A stretch of DNA of 39,659 bases from Octopus bimaculoides (Eukaryota), in NCBI RefSeq assembly GCF_001194135.2, contig NC_068982.1:64275555-64315213 (forward strand), read 5' to 3'. The position numbers and the translations under genes were made by a program. Below are positions 35,963 through 39,659 of the stretch, one piece after another. Position 1 is the stretch's first letter. Every line of letters begins with the position of its first letter. The notes below the pieces were generated by a model. It did no database searches, was not told where the DNA came from, and worked only from the letters and a program-made list of their open reading frames with translations.

Positions 35963-36012
<50 letters not shown>
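35396..36012 (+). mobile_element. RLE LINE family 1, second tandem 3' copy with (TAA)n tail
   Basis: HRHDRVGTYIH, RHTPEKVTENEKATILWDIPIHTD, RPDIVVRDHEEK, EKLSKYKDLEIEVTRMWSLKTE; complete 3' UTR to 35967, then (TAA)n. Confidence 0.93.
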
Positions 36013-36014
<2 letters not shown>

Positions 36015-36159
36015 GCCCCGATGCAGTACCAGACAGTGGTTCTCATGGTTTCTTATCTTAACTGTTTGTGGGTGCTATCATGTATATTGTTTTGTCTCGG
36101 AACTGTATTTGGTGATGTATCTAACAGTAACTGCCGGGACCCTCTTGCCGCTAGTTCTT

Positions 36160-36460
36160 CTGTTGTTTGCCTCTCTCTCTTTCTTTCTTTCTCTTATACA
36201 CACACGCACATACGCATTCTTTCTCTGTCTTTCTTTCCCTCTGCCTTTGTCTCTCTCCCTTATTCTCATTCACTCACTCTCTTTTTCTCATTCTCTTTCT
36301 CTCTCACATATTTTTAATTAACTCACTCTCCTTTTCTCTTTCTCTTTCTCTCTCCCTTTCCCACTCTTTCTTCCTCCCTTTCTTTCACCCACTCTCTCTT
36401 TTCCTCTCTTTCCTCTTCCTCACTTCCTTTCTCTCTTGTTCACTATCTCTCTACTTCTTA
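36160..36460. repeat. CT-rich low-complexity tract
   Basis: Read directly from the sequence. Confidence 0.85.
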
Positions 36461-36559
36461 GAGGAGAAGGTCTTCAAGTGGTTCATAATTTGACGAGTGT
36501 AACAGCTGCTCATTTTCACCTGCACCACCAGCTTCACTCATTTTTGTTACGGCACCTAC

Positions 36560-36800
36560 GGTGTGGCAAAACTCAACAATGACACAATTATGTGGGACAT
36601 AACTGTCTCGAACGACAAGAATCTTAAGGCTGGCCAATCAGATATAATAATAACAAAGGACGGGAACAAAAGTGTCTTGACATCTCGATCACTTCTGACC
36701 AAAACATTGACCCAAATGGGATGCGACCCAATCAAAGTACAAGGATGTTGAAACCTAAATAACCTAGATGTCAAAAGAGTACCAATGAGGGTTGAAACTG
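36560..36800 (+). mobile_element. Old RLE LINE endonuclease fragment
   Basis: TIMWDITVSNDKNLKAGQSDIII, then after a frameshift KCLDISITSDQNID..KYKDVET; parallels ILWDIPIHTD..RPDIVV..KYKDLEIE of family 1. Confidence 0.68.
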
Positions 36801-36815
36801 AGTAAACGGAAATGT

Positions 36816-37799
36816 TATGTATGCCATTATTTAGTTTTATTTCAAGATTTCTTGCTAATAGAGAATAGATGCATGGCTCCTTCATTGTAATTTCAACAAC
36901 ATCAACAGGGTATTTTTGTATGTATGTATGTTATCAATCAGTTTCATTTCTGTATTTCTTGTCAATAGAGAAAGAGCCGGACTCTAACATAGATTCAAGG
37001 CTCCTTCATTGGAACTTTAATCAACATCATCTAGGTATTTGTGCATATGTGTGTGCGCTGTATTTGGTGCTAGTGTATGCACAGATTTGTATGTTTGTTT
37101 TATGGATGCGTTTTTATGTATATATTTTAATGTCTAGATGCATGCACATGTATTTATGTGCTAATTTTTTGGAAAGTTTTACATATCGTTACAGTTCCAT
37201 CGATGGCTTGAATCTGTAGTCTTCTAATCAACCTTTTTCTTTCAGGTTTTGAGAACCCTAATTTTTCCAGGTTTTTGTTGAGGCAGTTCGTTACATATCC
37301 CAATGCCCAACAATCACGGGTATGAATCCGAACTTGTAGTCTGGGTGGAGTATCTGCAAATTTCTCAGTAGCTCGGCGTAGTTGTTCTCTTTTTCTCTAA
37401 TCTTTAGTGTGATGTTGACATCCGCATGTATGTATGTACATATGTACGTACGTATGTATGTATGTATGTATGTATATGTGCAGATTTGTATGTTTTTTTA
37501 TGTGTGTATTCACATGCATATCTAGACACGATCATATATACTTAAATGATAAACATCTGATAAGTTTTACAGACTATCACTGTTCCAGCAATAGCTTGGA
37601 TTTGTAGTCTACGAATCAGCATTCTCCTTTCTGGTTTTGAGAAGCCTGATTTCTCAATATTTGTATTTAGGGAGTGTGTTACATATCCCAGTGCCCCAAT
37701 AATTACAGGTATAAACCTGGACTTATAATCTAGATAGAGTAGCTGTAGATCCCTCAATAGTTCAGCGTAGGTATTTTCATTTTCGCTAATTTTTAGCTG
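36816..37799 (-). mobile_element. RLE LINE family 2 outer copy, split by a nested copy
   Basis: 37799-37470 encodes LKISENENTYAELLRDLQLLYLDYKSRFIPVIIGALGYV..LIRRLQIQAIAGTVIVCK plus the first part of the UTR. The rest of the UTR (AAAAATACCCTG..AAGAAATCTTGAAATAAAAC) lies at 36917-36816. Confidence 0.85.
36918..37425 (-). mobile_element. RLE LINE family 2 inner (nested) copy
   Basis: ADVNITLKIREKENNYAELLRNLQILHPDYKFGFIPVIV, complete 3' UTR and (CATA)3 tail. Confidence 0.88.
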
Positions 37800-38077
37800 T
37801 ATGTATGTATGTATGTATGTATGTATGTATGCATGCATGTATGCATACATGCATGCATGTACATATGCATGAATGTATTAGTATGTATGTATGTAGATAT
37901 GCATGTATATATGTACTTATACATGCATATATGTATGAATGTATTAACATGTATGTATGCATGCATGTATGTATTAATATGTATATATGTATTAGTATAT
38001 ACATATGTATTAATATGTATGTATGTATGTATGCATGTATGCATGTATGCATGTATGCAGGTTGGTAGGTAGGTAGG
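37799..38077. repeat. Degenerate (ATGT/ATGC)n array ending in (GTAG)n
   Basis: Read directly from the sequence. Confidence 0.95.
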
Positions 38078-38945
38078 NNNNNNNNNNNNNNNNNNNNNNN
38101 NNNNNNNNNNNNNNNNNNNNNNNNNNNNNNNNNNNNNNNNNNNNNNNNNNNNNNNNNNNNNNNNNNNNNNNNNNNNNNNNNNNNNNNNNNNNNNNNNNNN
38201 NNNNNNNNNNNNNNNNNNNNNNNNNNNNNNNNNNNNNNNNNNNNNNNNNNNNNNNNNNNNNNNNNNNNNNNNNNNNNNNNNNNNNNNNNNNNNNNNNNNN
38301 NNNNNNNNNNNNNNNNNNNNNNNNNNNNNNNNNNNNNNNNNNNNNNNNNNNNNNNNNNNNNNNNNNNNNNNNNNNNNNNNNNNNNNNNNNNNNNNNNNNN
38401 NNNNNNNNNNNNNNNNNNNNNNNNNNNNNNNNNNNNNNNNNNNNNNNNNNNNNNNNNNNNNNNNNNNNNNNNNNNNNNNNNNNNNNNNNNNNNNNNNNNN
38501 NNNNNNNNNNNNNNNNNNNNNNNNNNNNNNNNNNNNNNNNNNNNNNNNNNNNNNNNNNNNNNNNNNNNNNNNNNNNNNNNNNNNNNNNNNNNNNNNNNNN
38601 NNNNNNNNNNNNNNNNNNNNNNNNNNNNNNNNNNNNNNNNNNNNNNNNNNNNNATATATATATATATATATATATACATACATACATATACATATATGAT
38701 ATGTGCTTGTAGGTATGTAAATATGAGTATAAATGAAGGAATTATCTGAAGCTAATTTTATTGTTATAATACTGTGAAATTGGATATCTTGTAATGTTTA
38801 TTCGTTGCTTACTCGTTTACTCGTTACGTGTTTAATTTATACAATATTTTGCTCTTGTCAATGTTTATCACCTGTCCGTCTCATATCATAAATCCTCTGT
38901 GTAGCTAACTCCAGAACAACTTCACAGTTTGCCATAATAAAAATA

Positions 38946-39032
38946 GTGATGATGATGATGACAATGATGATGGTGATGGTGATGGTGATGGTGATGATGA
39001 CGACGACGACACCACCAACAACAACAACGACG
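38946..39032. repeat. Compound trinucleotide array GAT/GGT/GAC/CAC/CAA
   Basis: Read directly from the sequence. Confidence 0.9.
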
Positions 39033-39269
39033 TTAATCGCGTTAGTGGTACGTACATCGGGCTTCCAATCAGAGCTGAAAATATTTCATGACATGCGCAT
39101 AAGGCCTATAAAGAGATTTACACACACGTTCTCCACCTCCACTTCCTGTACTATAGTTACCCAATGCAGTGTATACTTTGCTAGCCATGTTTATCGTACT
39201 AAATATGAGGTCATACAGGATATTATATTTTGGAGGCTTCTGTACTTTAATAGATAACGATGACATTGA

Positions 39270-39560
39270 TGTTATTCGGCAGTCACACGACATGAAATTA
39301 AAGAGCTAACGGAGTACAGGAGTGTAATGGCGGGGTGTTGCAAAACGCATCTCGTTTGCAGTCAGTGGCCCGGGAACAAAATTTGCTTAGTGGGTGCAAA
39401 CTCAGTTTCAAAATTTGGCATTACTGGAGAAGTGTGGATCCGAGTTCTGGGAGTGTGCATGTCACAAATTTGCGCATGCGCCTGCGTTAGTCGTAAGTAG
39501 TCGAATTTAGCCCACATGTAAAAAACGAGACGCGCGCTACTTGCTGTAAATGGAGGGTGG
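39270..39560. promoter_or_regulatory. CpG-rich promoter-like patch (candidate)
   Basis: About 17 CpG in about 270 bp of otherwise CpG-poor DNA; GCGCATGCGC (NRF1/Ewg-type site) at 39472-39481; AATGGCGG (YY1-like core). No transcript evidence. Confidence 0.35.
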
Positions 39561-39659
39561 GTTATCCATCTGATACAAGAAGAAAATTGCATATAAATTG
39601 AATAAAATTGAATGAAAAATAACCAAATGATATTTCATTGAAAAGTAAACCATTCTGAA

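Overview
AT-rich animal non-coding DNA from a fragmented short-read assembly: 13 N-gaps totalling about 4.9 kb, most flanked by microsatellites. The SINE sequences and microsatellite load look like an octopus genome; this is recognition from memory, not a database result. I find no supportable host gene, tRNA/rRNA gene or CRISPR array. All recognisable coding sequence is decayed retrotransposon. There are RTE-clade LINEs (an APE-endonuclease 5' half at about 0.9-2.6 kb; RT/C-terminal pieces at 10.5-13.4 kb and 24.7-24.9 kb) and restriction-like-endonuclease (R4/Dong-type) LINEs of at least two families. One RLE family is bounded by (TAA)n, the other by (TACA)n. The window also holds about 20 copies or fragments of modular tRNA-derived SINEs, one Tc1/mariner-type MITE and a Penelope-like terminus. 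The best signals are retroelement mechanics, not a new gene system: a precise twin-priming-type 5' inversion in an RTE copy, an RLE LINE nested in the (TACA)n motif of its own 3' UTR, TAA-targeted insertions, a SINE-in-SINE insertion with a 12-bp TSD, degenerate ribozyme-like motifs, and a CpG-rich promoter-like patch at the right end. Family letters (A-E, RLE-1/2) are my own labels, and element boundaries are approximate.
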